Positions 27,984 through 36,505 of a stretch of DNA of 39,701 bases are shown here, one piece after another. The stretch covers positions 1 through 39,701 of the IMG/VR virus record IMGVR_UViG_3300030231_000303; one strand, written 5' to 3'. Numbering within the stretch: the first letter of the stretch is position 1; each line of letters starts with the position of its first letter. Origin of the DNA: a virus. Taxonomy: Duplodnaviria; Caudoviricetes. The position numbers and the translations under genes are program-made. Below the pieces are notes generated by a model. It was given only the letters and a program-made list of their open reading frames with translations, ran no database searches and was not told the origin of the DNA.

Positions 27984-28578
27984 GATACCTCTCTTTGACT
28001 TTTTGTAATAGGTGATCTTTGTATTTCTTCTTGTCAATATTTAGAAACGGTATGTACTTCCTTATCTTTAGTCCTACGGTATTCCACACTGGATCATCTA
28101 ATTGTTTATCATAGTCTTTACAGTAAGAAAATATCTTTTCATAGATGCACATCTCTTCCACACTTATCCTTCCAGCAAGATGTTCTTTGAGTATAGGTGG
28201 GTGACCTTTAGATGCATCAAAGAACTCATCATAATCATACTCATCCATCATCTCATCTGATTGTTGCTTGAAGTTATAGAATAAACTCTGCTGTCTCTTC
28301 ATCCACTCCTTGTATACTACCTCACCTGTTTTTATTATGTTCCCTATCCATAATCCTTGAGGATTGTCAGTATCTACAAAGTTAGCAAGAAAGAAATCAC
28401 ATATCTCATCATCTTTATACTTTCTAGATGTCTTCTCAAAGAAGTACCTATCCTTTCTCTTATAAAATGAATCTATCTTTGCTCTTGATCTGCCACCATA
28501 CCTATGATAGTCATATTTTTCCTTAGTAAAATGATTTTTAAAAGCAAGATACTTTGTGTAAGTGTCAAACGGTGTCAT
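27976..28578 (-). CDS. gp59: Loader of DNA helicase
   Basis: YLAFKNHFT...YDY..YGG.......FYKRKDRYFFEK...KIRKYIPFL is the gp59 signature. Confidence 0.85.
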   Translation of the reverse strand: MTPFDTYTKYLAFKNHFTKEKYDYHRYGGRSRAKIDSFYKRKDRYFFEKTSRKYKDDEICDFFLANFVDTDNPQGLWIGNIIKTGEVVYKEWMKRQQSLFYNFKQQSDEMMDEYDYDEFFDASKGHPPILKEHLAGRISVEEMCIYEKIFSYCKDYDKQLDDPVWNTVGLKIRKYIPFLNIDKKKYKDHLLQKVKERYHE

Positions 28579-29638
28579 AATGTGGAGGGTTGATCATCTC
28601 AACGTGTTTCTTTTTCTTAGAATCTAATTGCTGTGCTGCAGTAAACCATTTAGGGTTAGCAGAACACATGTCACAAATGTCACGAGGTTCTAAGACCTCT
28701 TGGAATGATGCTCTCAACTCATCTTCAGATGCACCAATGCTAGTTGGTTTGTATGCCAGATACTTTTGCCACTTAGGATCATCTAACTGACCTGTGACTG
28801 CTAATGATTCTCTGAGGTAAGATATCATGGGACACTTCCATAGATGTCCATTGTATAGTTGTGAATTAGGACAACTACAATGCTTGAAACTTTCTGTAAT
28901 GTTATGGTCTTCATAAGGATAGTATTTGATACCATCACTGTAATCATACTTGACTAGATCAAACCATACTCTTGGTTGACCATTGTCCATACGGAATGCT
29001 TCACTCAATTCAAATGTATTGCCATTGACATCAAGACCTCTAGACTCAGCATACTTTACAAACTCATAAGCATTCTGCCAATTTTTGACTCCCTTCATTG
29101 TATACCATGGGAAATGAAATGTCAATCGGAAAACAACTCCCTTCAACATCTCATCAACTATCCACTCCTTCTCTTGTAACAACCTAGAACCATTACTAAA
29201 CAACTTTACTACACAAGGTTGCCCAGTACGCTTTGACAACTCTCTGACCCTCTGTGTGACCTCTCTGGTGCGAGGTTCTAACAATGGTTCACCACCTATT
29301 ATACTAATATGACTCCAAACAAATATTTTAGGTAGTATATTTTCTATATCAACCAATAACTGATCAATATCTATCTTACTACTAGCACTCAACAAACTAC
29401 TATTATGATTACAAGCACGACATGCTAAGTTACACCCATTGATAGTGTGTATACTTAGTAGTCTAGTAGTAGGTCTCCTCTTTTCTAATCGTTTTATCTC
29501 TTCATCGGACACATGTTGAAAGTTATCTGTCCAAAATCCTTTGAGTGATCTTATATATTCTACCTTCTTTGACAATGAATCTACATTACAATCACGTAAA
29601 CATGCCTTTGCTAATTTACGTTCTTTCCACAGATTCAT
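28565..29638 (-). CDS. Radical SAM protein A
   Basis: CNLACRAC (CxxxCxxC), IIGGEPLL, FSNG; C-terminal CSCPN...LWKCP...CDMC auxiliary cysteines. Confidence 0.85.
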   Translation of the reverse strand: MNLWKERKLAKACLRDCNVDSLSKKVEYIRSLKGFWTDNFQHVSDEEIKRLEKRRPTTRLLSIHTINGCNLACRACNHNSSLLSASSKIDIDQLLVDIENILPKIFVWSHISIIGGEPLLEPRTREVTQRVRELSKRTGQPCVVKLFSNGSRLLQEKEWIVDEMLKGVVFRLTFHFPWYTMKGVKNWQNAYEFVKYAESRGLDVNGNTFELSEAFRMDNGQPRVWFDLVKYDYSDGIKYYPYEDHNITESFKHCSCPNSQLYNGHLWKCPMISYLRESLAVTGQLDDPKWQKYLAYKPTSIGASEDELRASFQEVLEPRDICDMCSANPKWFTAAQQLDSKKKKHVEMINPPHYDTV

Positions 29639-29639
29639 A

Positions 29640-29906
29640 TCATAATGCTACAAATTTAGCTCTAGATGTTTTCTTTAAATAATTTAGTTCACTTGCATTA
29701 CCTTTCAACTTCTCTTTCATTGGTTTGCTGATAAGTTTACTTACAGATTCAATTTCTATACTATTCTGTTCACAGTAGTGACAGATTGCTTCAATATAAT
29801 TCATACCAGAATTATCTTTGACTAGGTTCTCAATATCATTGGAGAACTTGTCCTGACATAGGAACTTGTTCTTCAATACTGATCTCATCTCTGCTTTAGT
29901 TGCCAT
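29640..29906 (-). CDS. gp33: Late promoter transcription accessory protein
   Basis: F...IE.LV......YIEAI.HYCE.N.IE.E...KLISKP.KEKL...A.ELNYLK is the gp33 signature. Confidence 0.85.
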   Translation of the reverse strand: MATKAEMRSVLKNKFLCQDKFSNDIENLVKDNSGMNYIEAICHYCEQNSIEIESVSKLISKPMKEKLKGNASELNYLKKTSRAKFVAL

Positions 29907-30555
29907 TTAGTTTGTCCTCTACAAATTTGTTGATGTACTCTACAAGTAATTTCATATACTTCATTTTATCATACTCTTGATAAACTGTCACTTCTCCGTT
30001 CTCACATGTCATAAGTATGACAAGTTTCTTGACAGGGATACCAGTCCTCTCGTAGAACATACATGCATACGCTGCTGCCTGTACAAAGTAGTTCTCAATC
30101 CAGTCTCTTGGTTTAGGTTTAGCTGCTGTTTTGAAATCTATTATAGACAACTCACCATCATATTCTGCAATACAATCTACCGTACCTGCAACACCTAACT
30201 CGGTAGAATAAAGACTCTTTTCAAGAGCGTATATATTATTTATCTTTTCTAAAGATTCTTTAGCCTGCAGAAATAACATCTTAGAACCAGGTGTATCAGG
30301 ATCCACATCCTTATTCAATAGATGATTCTCTATTAGAGTATGTACTTTAGTGCCACGAGTAGTAGATCTTTTAGTAACTCTATCTGCTTCTTCATCACCA
30401 ACTCTCTTCCTCCACTTGACAAAGATCTCTTTGTTGAAGTGAGAAGTAACCGATGTGATAGACACCATTGGTCTATTTTCTACAGTATAGTATCGCACTC
30501 CCTCAATAGTCTTCCTACTCAGAGCAGGAAGATCACATTCTACATGAGTAAACAT
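29896..30555 (-). CDS. PD-(D/E)XK exonuclease
   Basis: RGTKVH..IE...AGTVDCIAEY.GELSIIDFKT...YFVQAAAY; occupies the usual position after phoH in cyanomyoviruses. Confidence 0.8.
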   Translation of the reverse strand: MFTHVECDLPALSRKTIEGVRYYTVENRPMVSITSVTSHFNKEIFVKWRKRVGDEEADRVTKRSTTRGTKVHTLIENHLLNKDVDPDTPGSKMLFLQAKESLEKINNIYALEKSLYSTELGVAGTVDCIAEYDGELSIIDFKTAAKPKPRDWIENYFVQAAAYACMFYERTGIPVKKLVILMTCENGEVTVYQEYDKMKYMKLLVEYINKFVEDKLNGN

Positions 30556-31310
30556 TACATACCTAATTCAATTTTACTTACAAGGTAACTCTTGACAAGA
30601 CCTGATCTTACGATGTCATTGATGTCGAACTCAACTAAATCAAACTCAGGCATACGTTGAACGATCTTCTGAAAATCTAGAATACCATTCTTCTCGTTTG
30701 TCCTAATAAGATCTGTTTGTGCTGCGTCACCACAGAAATGGATCTTACAATTCTCACCACACCTTGTTATTATACTATCTAACTCATGAAAATTCAAGTT
30801 TTGTGACTCATCTACAATCACAATTGAATCATCTAGTGTAGTACCACGGATAAAAGATGTAGACCAGAAGGTTACACTCTCCTGTTCCTTGAGATTGCCC
30901 CATAACATTTCAAATTCTTGATCAGTAGGCAACTCAAACATATATTTGACCATATTTTTATATGGTATCTGGTATAAGAATGATTTGTCCTCATGATCAC
31001 CAGGTAAGAAACCAATCTCCCTTGTAGACACTAAAGATCTTACTATCACTACCTTATTGTAAGGAGTTATAGGATCTAAAACGTCTTTTAGTGCATTGTA
31101 CAGGGTTATAAATGTTTTACCCGTACCAGCAGCACCATATAGGAATAGATTTTTACCTTCTTTATATGATTCAAAGGCAATTTTTTGATTAGCAGTGATA
31201 GGTTCCACTGCTACCATCTGATCAACGTTGTATGGTTTCTTTCTCTTCATTTGCTTAGTAGACCTACCAAGTCCAACGTTGTTGGCCATTTTCTTTTTTC
31301 TTGCTGGCAT
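30555..31310 (-). CDS. phoH: PhoH-like ATPase
   Basis: GAAGTGKT Walker A, IGFLPG, FIRGTTL, IVDESQN, GDAAQTDL, DIVRSGLV. Confidence 0.92.
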   Translation of the reverse strand: MPARKKKMANNVGLGRSTKQMKRKKPYNVDQMVAVEPITANQKIAFESYKEGKNLFLYGAAGTGKTFITLYNALKDVLDPITPYNKVVIVRSLVSTREIGFLPGDHEDKSFLYQIPYKNMVKYMFELPTDQEFEMLWGNLKEQESVTFWSTSFIRGTTLDDSIVIVDESQNLNFHELDSIITRCGENCKIHFCGDAAQTDLIRTNEKNGILDFQKIVQRMPEFDLVEFDINDIVRSGLVKSYLVSKIELGM

Positions 31311-31561
31311 TAGAAGTGAGTTCTTTTTTGAGGTTTTACTTTGGATCCTGGCACTTGTGCTACTTTAGATAACACTTCTTGCCAACCTCCATCAGTTCTA
31401 GAGTACACATCTCCTGTACCACTGACTACTCCTCCTGATCCTTTCGACCAATCTTTATCCCAATCAGGGTTATCTTTTCTCCACTCATCATACTCTTTCA
31501 TTGTCATAGACAGTTCTTTGGTCTCACCTGTCTTCAAATTTTTTAGTGGATATGTTGGCAT
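31310..31561 (-). CDS. Conserved T4-like hypothetical protein (FmdB-like, without cysteines)
   Basis: MPTYP.KN.KTGE...W.EVLSKV...PGS is typical of the gene preceding phoH. An ATAAATA motif lies upstream at 31580-31586. Confidence 0.65.
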   Translation of the reverse strand: MPTYPLKNLKTGETKELSMTMKEYDEWRKDNPDWDKDWSKGSGGVVSGTGDVYSRTDGGWQEVLSKVAQVPGSKVKPQKRTHF

Positions 31562-32348
31562 GGGTGTTTGCGAGTGATTTATTTATTGAGTCCTGAATAG
31601 CAGCACTAAAGTGTAATGGTTTAGCAGTACACATATTGCATACGTTCTCTGCTATTCTACTATTAGTACAGAACTTTGTCAATTCATCATCACTACAATC
31701 AACAGACACTCCATCTACAATATAATCTTGCCATTCATCATCATCACTTTGTCCTGTGACAGACAGCAACTCTCTCAAAAATGCAGTGTTAGGACACTTC
31801 CATAGTCTACCATTGTATAACTGAGCGTTAGGACAGGAGCAAACCTTATAACTTTTACTGATATTATTATGGTTGTAAGGATGTACTTTACCGTCTCGTT
31901 TTTTTATTGAATCAAACCATCTATCCTTACCAGTATGGTGTTCGGTGACCAGTACCTTAGGATGATTGAACTTCTTTATTATATCCACCACTTCGGGTAA
32001 ATGTACGCTGACTCGTAGATATATTTTAGGGTCTTCTAATGCTCTTCTAATCCAAGTTTCATTCTGTAAGAGAAGTAAACCGTTAGTGTATAGATAGACA
32101 ACATTTCTAGTGTGTGATCTGCATTCATGTAGTATCTCCTCACATCTGGGGTTTAGTAAAGGTTCACCGCCAATGATGGACACTCTATCTATATCCAGTC
32201 TTGGTAAGATAACTCTTATATCTCTCAACAAAGCATCAGTATCTAACTTACTACCAGAGGAAAAGTAATTGCTGAAATGGTTGCACCCTTTGCAGGATAA
32301 ATTACAACCTATCGTAGTACTTACGTCAAGTATGCTCAGTTTTGGCAA
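31524..32348 (-). CDS. Radical SAM protein B (paralogue of A)
   Basis: CNLSCKGC, IIGGEPLL, YTNG; CSCPNAQLYNGRLWKCP...CNMC. Confidence 0.85.
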   Translation of the reverse strand: MPKLSILDVSTTIGCNLSCKGCNHFSNYFSSGSKLDTDALLRDIRVILPRLDIDRVSIIGGEPLLNPRCEEILHECRSHTRNVVYLYTNGLLLLQNETWIRRALEDPKIYLRVSVHLPEVVDIIKKFNHPKVLVTEHHTGKDRWFDSIKKRDGKVHPYNHNNISKSYKVCSCPNAQLYNGRLWKCPNTAFLRELLSVTGQSDDDEWQDYIVDGVSVDCSDDELTKFCTNSRIAENVCNMCTAKPLHFSAAIQDSINKSLANTHANISTKKFEDR

Positions 32349-33090
32349 GATAAGCAGCTCCTATACTAGTGCCTCCATCAGTGGAGATTGGTTCAGCATA
32401 AATTTGTCTACCCAATTCCTTCTTTAGCATGTAGTTAACAGTACAATTCAAGAAGCAACCACCAACAAGTATTAGATTTTTATCTGTTAGGTCTGCTAAC
32501 TCAAGTGCTCTCTTCTCCCACCTTTTCTGTACATTATAACAATCACTAGGTCCATAAGATGCTTTACCCATGACCTTACCAGCATCCATGTAATGCCATC
32601 CATGTCTAATACAACACTGCTCAAAATCCTTACCAGTTCCTATGTTAGATTGATCAAAATATCTTTTATGTATCACATTCCATGATGGAAGATCATACAT
32701 GCTTTCTATTTCTATCTTCTCACCTGTCTTAGAACCATTAGCATCCACCACAATGACAACTGCATCATCAAACCCAGACCTATACCATGCACATGCAGCA
32801 TGAGTCATGTGATGACGGTCACGATAGTCATAGACCTTTGCATTAGGAAACATCTTAGTTACCATTCTTAGATCCATCACTGATAATAGTTGTTCAGTTG
32901 GATTATCCCAGTAACAATGTGATACTGCTATCACATCAATATTACAATCAATATATGGCAGTAAACATTTGATTGAATTACTATACTTTTTTCTATTAAT
33001 TCTTTCTGCTTCCAAATAAAAATCCACTACACCATCTTTCATGATGCAGATAGATGCGTTATTAGATAAGTTTACTCCTAATATATTCAT
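32326..33090 (-). CDS. Carbamoyltransferase N-terminal (Kae1-like) domain protein 2
   Basis: ILGVN...EAERINRKK...HHMTHAACA...VVDANG...GKVMG...GGCFLNC..N...DGGTSIGAA are NodU/CmcH N-domain motifs. Confidence 0.85.
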   Translation of the reverse strand: MNILGVNLSNNASICIMKDGVVDFYLEAERINRKKYSNSIKCLLPYIDCNIDVIAVSHCYWDNPTEQLLSVMDLRMVTKMFPNAKVYDYRDRHHMTHAACAWYRSGFDDAVVIVVDANGSKTGEKIEIESMYDLPSWNVIHKRYFDQSNIGTGKDFEQCCIRHGWHYMDAGKVMGKASYGPSDCYNVQKRWEKRALELADLTDKNLILVGGCFLNCTVNYMLKKELGRQIYAEPISTDGGTSIGAAYLAKTEHT

Positions 33091-33160
33091 AAAAACCTAG
33101 GGGGCAAAAAATTTACGGAGTTTTTTTCCCCGAATATTTGAAAATAAAAAGTCATTTTCC
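33091..33160. repeat. Degenerate copy 3 of the intergenic element
   Basis: AAAAACCTAGGGGGCAAAAAATTTACGGAGTTTTTTTCCCCG...AAAAAGTCATTTT has the same AAAAACCTA / CAAAAAA / GTTTTTTTC / AAAAGT..ATTTT blocks as copies 1 and 2, but the inner hairpin is weakened. Confidence 0.55.
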
Positions 33161-33793
33161 CCTAAGTATACCGATCTCTGGAAAGTAAATGTAATCTAAC
33201 TCACTGTTCTCTAGTGTTCTGATAGCATCCTCTGGTGTCTCAACCATTGGTTCACCTGCTAGATTGAATGATGTGTTGAGTAGTATAGGTAGTGATGTAA
33301 TTTTCTCAAACTCAGTTATCAAATCATAGAAGTGTTGGTTCTGTTCTCTCGTAACAGTTTGAACTCTACATGTATTATCAACATGATTGATTGCAGGTAA
33401 ATTATCCACCCAATCTTCTCTCATATCAACAGCAAAGGTCATGAACGGTGACTCATCTAGACCTGCCATGTCAAAGTACTTGTTAGCATGTTCTTTTAGA
33501 ACAGTACCTGCAAAGGGTCTAAATGCTTCTCTATGCTTGATTTTATTTACTTTATCCTTTCCCATAGGATCTCTAGGATCATAAAGTATAGAGCGATTAC
33601 CTAGTGCTCTTGGACCTGCTTCAGATCTACCCTGAAATATTGCTATGACCTTACGTCCATCTCCAGAATAAAACTTATCCTTCTCCAAATATTTTTCACC
33701 ATAAGCTAAGAGTGATGCTACTTGTTTAGGAGTAACACTCTCACCACTAATATTAGATAGATCATACTTAGGTCCGAGGTAAATGTTTTTCAT
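33152..33793 (-). CDS. Carbamoyltransferase C-terminal (YrdC-like) domain protein
   Basis: IYLGP.Y...FQGRSEAGPRALGNRSIL.DP...VNKIKHREAFRPFA...SPFM...HVDNTCRVQTV...LNTSFN.AGEP.V.TP.DA. Start taken at the ATG at 33793, which overlaps the upstream stop (ATGA). Confidence 0.9.
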   Translation of the reverse strand: MKNIYLGPKYDLSNISGESVTPKQVASLLAYGEKYLEKDKFYSGDGRKVIAIFQGRSEAGPRALGNRSILYDPRDPMGKDKVNKIKHREAFRPFAGTVLKEHANKYFDMAGLDESPFMTFAVDMREDWVDNLPAINHVDNTCRVQTVTREQNQHFYDLITEFEKITSLPILLNTSFNLAGEPMVETPEDAIRTLENSELDYIYFPEIGILRGK

Positions 33794-34302
33794 AACCAAT
33801 TTGGTTTTCTGGATGGGTCACGTAGATAATTAGATGCAGCCCAAGGTTTGCTGCCAATGTAATTTTGGTAAGCAGTAAAAGTGTCAATGCTTGTGTCATG
33901 TTTATACTCATCAGGCATAGCACGAGTAAAAGACTTGGGTGTGGTTGGTTTACGAAGAGGAATAATACTTGCTGCTTCTTCTATAGTTTGCTGACAACTA
34001 TGCACCTTACCATATCTATGCGTATACTCTGCACACAATGCTAGACCATGAGTAAGTAACCACCATGTATTAGTCAGTGATTCATTTGCCCAGATAGTAC
34101 AAGGATGATTACGGAATGCACCTTTCTCTGTCTTGTATGGTTCGCCATTGGTACGATGCAATTGACCGTAACCATGACCCCACTTGTCAGAACAAACAAT
34201 AGAAAGCATTTGACATGTTTCTAATGGCATCTTGACAACATGCTTATCAGGTAAGCATTGAGCAGACGTATAGGGTGATGGATCAGTTACGAAGATGTTC
34301 AT
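33790..34302 (-). CDS. Pyrimidine-dimer DNA glycosylase / endonuclease V-like protein
   Basis: MNIF.....P..SA..LPDKHVVKMPLE.CQML...HPCTIW...L.LC.EYT.RYGKVH...AMPDEYK family pattern. Confidence 0.6.
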   Translation of the reverse strand: MNIFVTDPSPYTSAQCLPDKHVVKMPLETCQMLSIVCSDKWGHGYGQLHRTNGEPYKTEKGAFRNHPCTIWANESLTNTWWLLTHGLALCAEYTHRYGKVHSCQQTIEEAASIIPLRKPTTPKSFTRAMPDEYKHDTSIDTFTAYQNYIGSKPWAASNYLRDPSRKPNWL

Positions 34303-35320
34303 AATGTTCTAATAATGCAGACCCAATAGCAATACCACCATCGTATGCAATAGGATCTACGTACAAATTTATATCTAACTCTTTTATTATACTCTGATTT
34401 GCTGCACAATTCAAGAAGAATCCTCCACTCACAACAACATTCTTTTTCCCACTCATCTCAACTGCTTTCTTTATCATAAAGATTGCATGTTTTTCAGCAG
34501 ACTTTTGTAATCTATATGCTAAATCTTCTGGTCGGTATGCAGTACCGTGATATTCAGTTGTATTTCCTGAAGCATAAAGTTCTTTACTACAAAGACTATG
34601 ATTGTACTCCTCTACGAATAGGTCTGTTGGTGTACCAGAATGTCCGTAAGCAGAGAGACCCATAGTTTTACCTGCCTCTATCTCATCAAAGTTACAGTAC
34701 CTTGAGACTCTTCTGAATGCTTGACCTACACTAGTCCTATCACTATAAAGATTCCCCTTGTACCAGTAAGGTTCATCTAATAATTCACACTCATCCTCAT
34801 TCCAAAAGGTAGAGTAATGTTTGAACAGAGGAATGAACTCACCAGAATAATCATAGATGCTTTCTATCTCAGCATACCTCAATTGAACACCTGCAGATTC
34901 ATAACCTTCTGTTTGTGCCACACTATCATCAGTATGATAAGAACCTTTACCATCCATCACTACACACACTGCATCATCAAACCCTGAGTTATAAAATGCA
35001 CTAGCAGCATGACACTCATGATGCCTGTTTCTATAGTCTACAATAGATAAACAACCTCTTGATCTAGCAATCTTACAGAGTTCATTTTTGGCTTTGGTTC
35101 TATCGAGGAAGGTTTGTCTAGTATATCTTGTAAAACAATCACATATGGTAAGAACATCAATACTAGAATCAATATACTTATCGGCAAGAGCCTTCGCACT
35201 GATGTCTCTTTTAGTTCTTGTGACACGTTCTTCCTCTAGGTAAAATTCTATCTCACCATCATGTAATATAACAAGTGAACCATTTTTTGCAAGATTTATT
35301 CCTGCGATTCTTTTTCCCAT
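34283..35320 (-). CDS. Carbamoyltransferase N-terminal (Kae1-like) domain protein 1
   Basis: EEERVTRTK...HHECHAASAFYNSGF...VMDGKG...GKTMGLSAYG...LAYRLQ...SGGFFLNC.AN...DGGIAIGSA. Confidence 0.88.
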   Translation of the reverse strand: MGKRIAGINLAKNGSLVILHDGEIEFYLEEERVTRTKRDISAKALADKYIDSSIDVLTICDCFTRYTRQTFLDRTKAKNELCKIARSRGCLSIVDYRNRHHECHAASAFYNSGFDDAVCVVMDGKGSYHTDDSVAQTEGYESAGVQLRYAEIESIYDYSGEFIPLFKHYSTFWNEDECELLDEPYWYKGNLYSDRTSVGQAFRRVSRYCNFDEIEAGKTMGLSAYGHSGTPTDLFVEEYNHSLCSKELYASGNTTEYHGTAYRPEDLAYRLQKSAEKHAIFMIKKAVEMSGKKNVVVSGGFFLNCAANQSIIKELDINLYVDPIAYDGGIAIGSALLEHYEHLRN

Positions 35321-35943
35321 TCCAAAGCCTCACTAACAGCAGGGAACTGTTCAACAAATACATCTTTGACTGCCTTTGCAATCACCATGTGCTCTTTCTG
35401 AGTACCATGAGCAGACCTTAGATTTATATAGTGGATCCACGAACGACATGATCCTGTCATATAAATTCTGGTCGGTGTACACAGTGGTAGCACCATCCTA
35501 GCACACTCTTTTGCCACACCACACTCAAGCATTTGATTATATAATGCAGAAGAAGAACTGAATAAAGTTTTCATCTGCTTATTCAATTTGTCTACAACTT
35601 CAGGATCTAAATCATCAATAGAATTCTGACGGTTCTTTGAGTCTTGTCTTCTCAACTCTGGTAACACAATTGCTTCTAACAATTTAGTGTCAGCATATCT
35701 CTGACTAAACTCTTGAAAAGTAAATGATCTATGACGTAAGACCTGTGCTGCGATAGCACGAGTGGTCTCAATCTCTACTGTCATAGAAGACTGCTCGAAC
35801 ACAGACCAATGATTGTGCTTGATACAATACTTCAGCAGTCCAGCATACTTTTCATTCTCTTGATTGGCAGGGTTAGATACTCTGGCAATGTATGCCATCA
35901 TCTGTTCTGCATCAGGAGTAATACTTACTAACTTTACTGTCAT
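35296..35943 (-). CDS. thyX: Flavin-dependent thymidylate synthase
   Basis: HWSVFE...QVLRHRSFTFQEFSQRY (RHRx7S motif), KECARMVLP, HGTQKEH. Confidence 0.95.
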   Translation of the reverse strand: MTVKLVSITPDAEQMMAYIARVSNPANQENEKYAGLLKYCIKHNHWSVFEQSSMTVEIETTRAIAAQVLRHRSFTFQEFSQRYADTKLLEAIVLPELRRQDSKNRQNSIDDLDPEVVDKLNKQMKTLFSSSSALYNQMLECGVAKECARMVLPLCTPTRIYMTGSCRSWIHYINLRSAHGTQKEHMVIAKAVKDVFVEQFPAVSEALEWEKESQE

Positions 35944-36350
35944 GTTTTTTGAACTAAGAATTGTTCAATGTCGGTATATTCTAGCACATAAAATCTTGAT
36001 TTGAATCTATGTTGTGCTAACATCTTTTCCATACGATGTTTACCGTCAAGTAATCTATATTTTTTATTGAATGGATTAGGTGTATGTATACACAGAATAG
36101 GAGGGTAGTTTATATCACATCTAAAATACCTCACCCCATTACAACAAATACATTTATCTCTTCTTTGTTCTTCGGGTAAATGCATACCCTTCCATGCAAT
36201 ATCATCAAACAATACATCTTGCAACCTATCATCTGTCAATAGATGTTCTATATGTTTTAGATATAATTTACTCTCCTGTTCAGATAACCTCCAGTCACCA
36301 TAAGCACTAACGGTACAAGCATGTGACCCAGTTAGTTTATGATTCTTCAT
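35940..36350 (-). CDS. Hypothetical protein with a ParB/sulfiredoxin-like motif
   Basis: D..YPPIL......YRLLDGKHR resembles the ParB/Srx DGxHR motif; also has a CICC cluster. Start moved to the ATG at 36350, because the track's longer start overlaps the 36337..36489 gene. Confidence 0.5.
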   Translation of the reverse strand: MKNHKLTGSHACTVSAYGDWRLSEQESKLYLKHIEHLLTDDRLQDVLFDDIAWKGMHLPEEQRRDKCICCNGVRYFRCDINYPPILCIHTPNPFNKKYRLLDGKHRMEKMLAQHRFKSRFYVLEYTDIEQFLVQKT

Positions 36351-36489
36351 AAGATTCATCGTAATCCATCTCAACAGGTTCAATATCATCATACTTATAT
36401 GATTCTGTGTCAGAGTATACCTCTGCTTTCAATGCTGATAGAAGCATCTCAAGATCAGTAACAATAATTTTTAGTTTGTCTTTATCCAT
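36337..36489 (-). CDS. Small acidic conserved cyanophage protein
   Basis: Read by hand: MDKDKLKIIVTDLEMLLSALKAEVYSDTESYKYDDIEPVEMDYDESYEES (50 aa). An extended -10 TGCTATACT lies at 36496-36504. Confidence 0.7.
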   Translation of the reverse strand: MDKDKLKIIVTDLEMLLSALKAEVYSDTESYKYDDIEPVEMDYDESYEES

Positions 36490-36505
36490 TCATATAGTAT
36501 AGCAT

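Noticed and set aside
29896-30555. Cas4-like nuclease suggesting a CRISPR system
   Set aside because: No repeat-spacer array or other cas genes are in the window and the Fe-S cysteine pattern of Cas4 is absent. This is the standard cyanomyovirus exonuclease next to phoH.
32326-35320. Carbamoyltransferase pseudogene or frameshift
   Set aside because: The pieces are intact domain-sized ORFs with their own starts. They are separated by an unrelated gene, and one N-domain lies downstream of the C-domain.
35296-35943. thyX as a base hydroxymethylase
   Set aside because: It has canonical ThyX motifs; known dCMP/dUMP hydroxymethylases belong to the ThyA fold.
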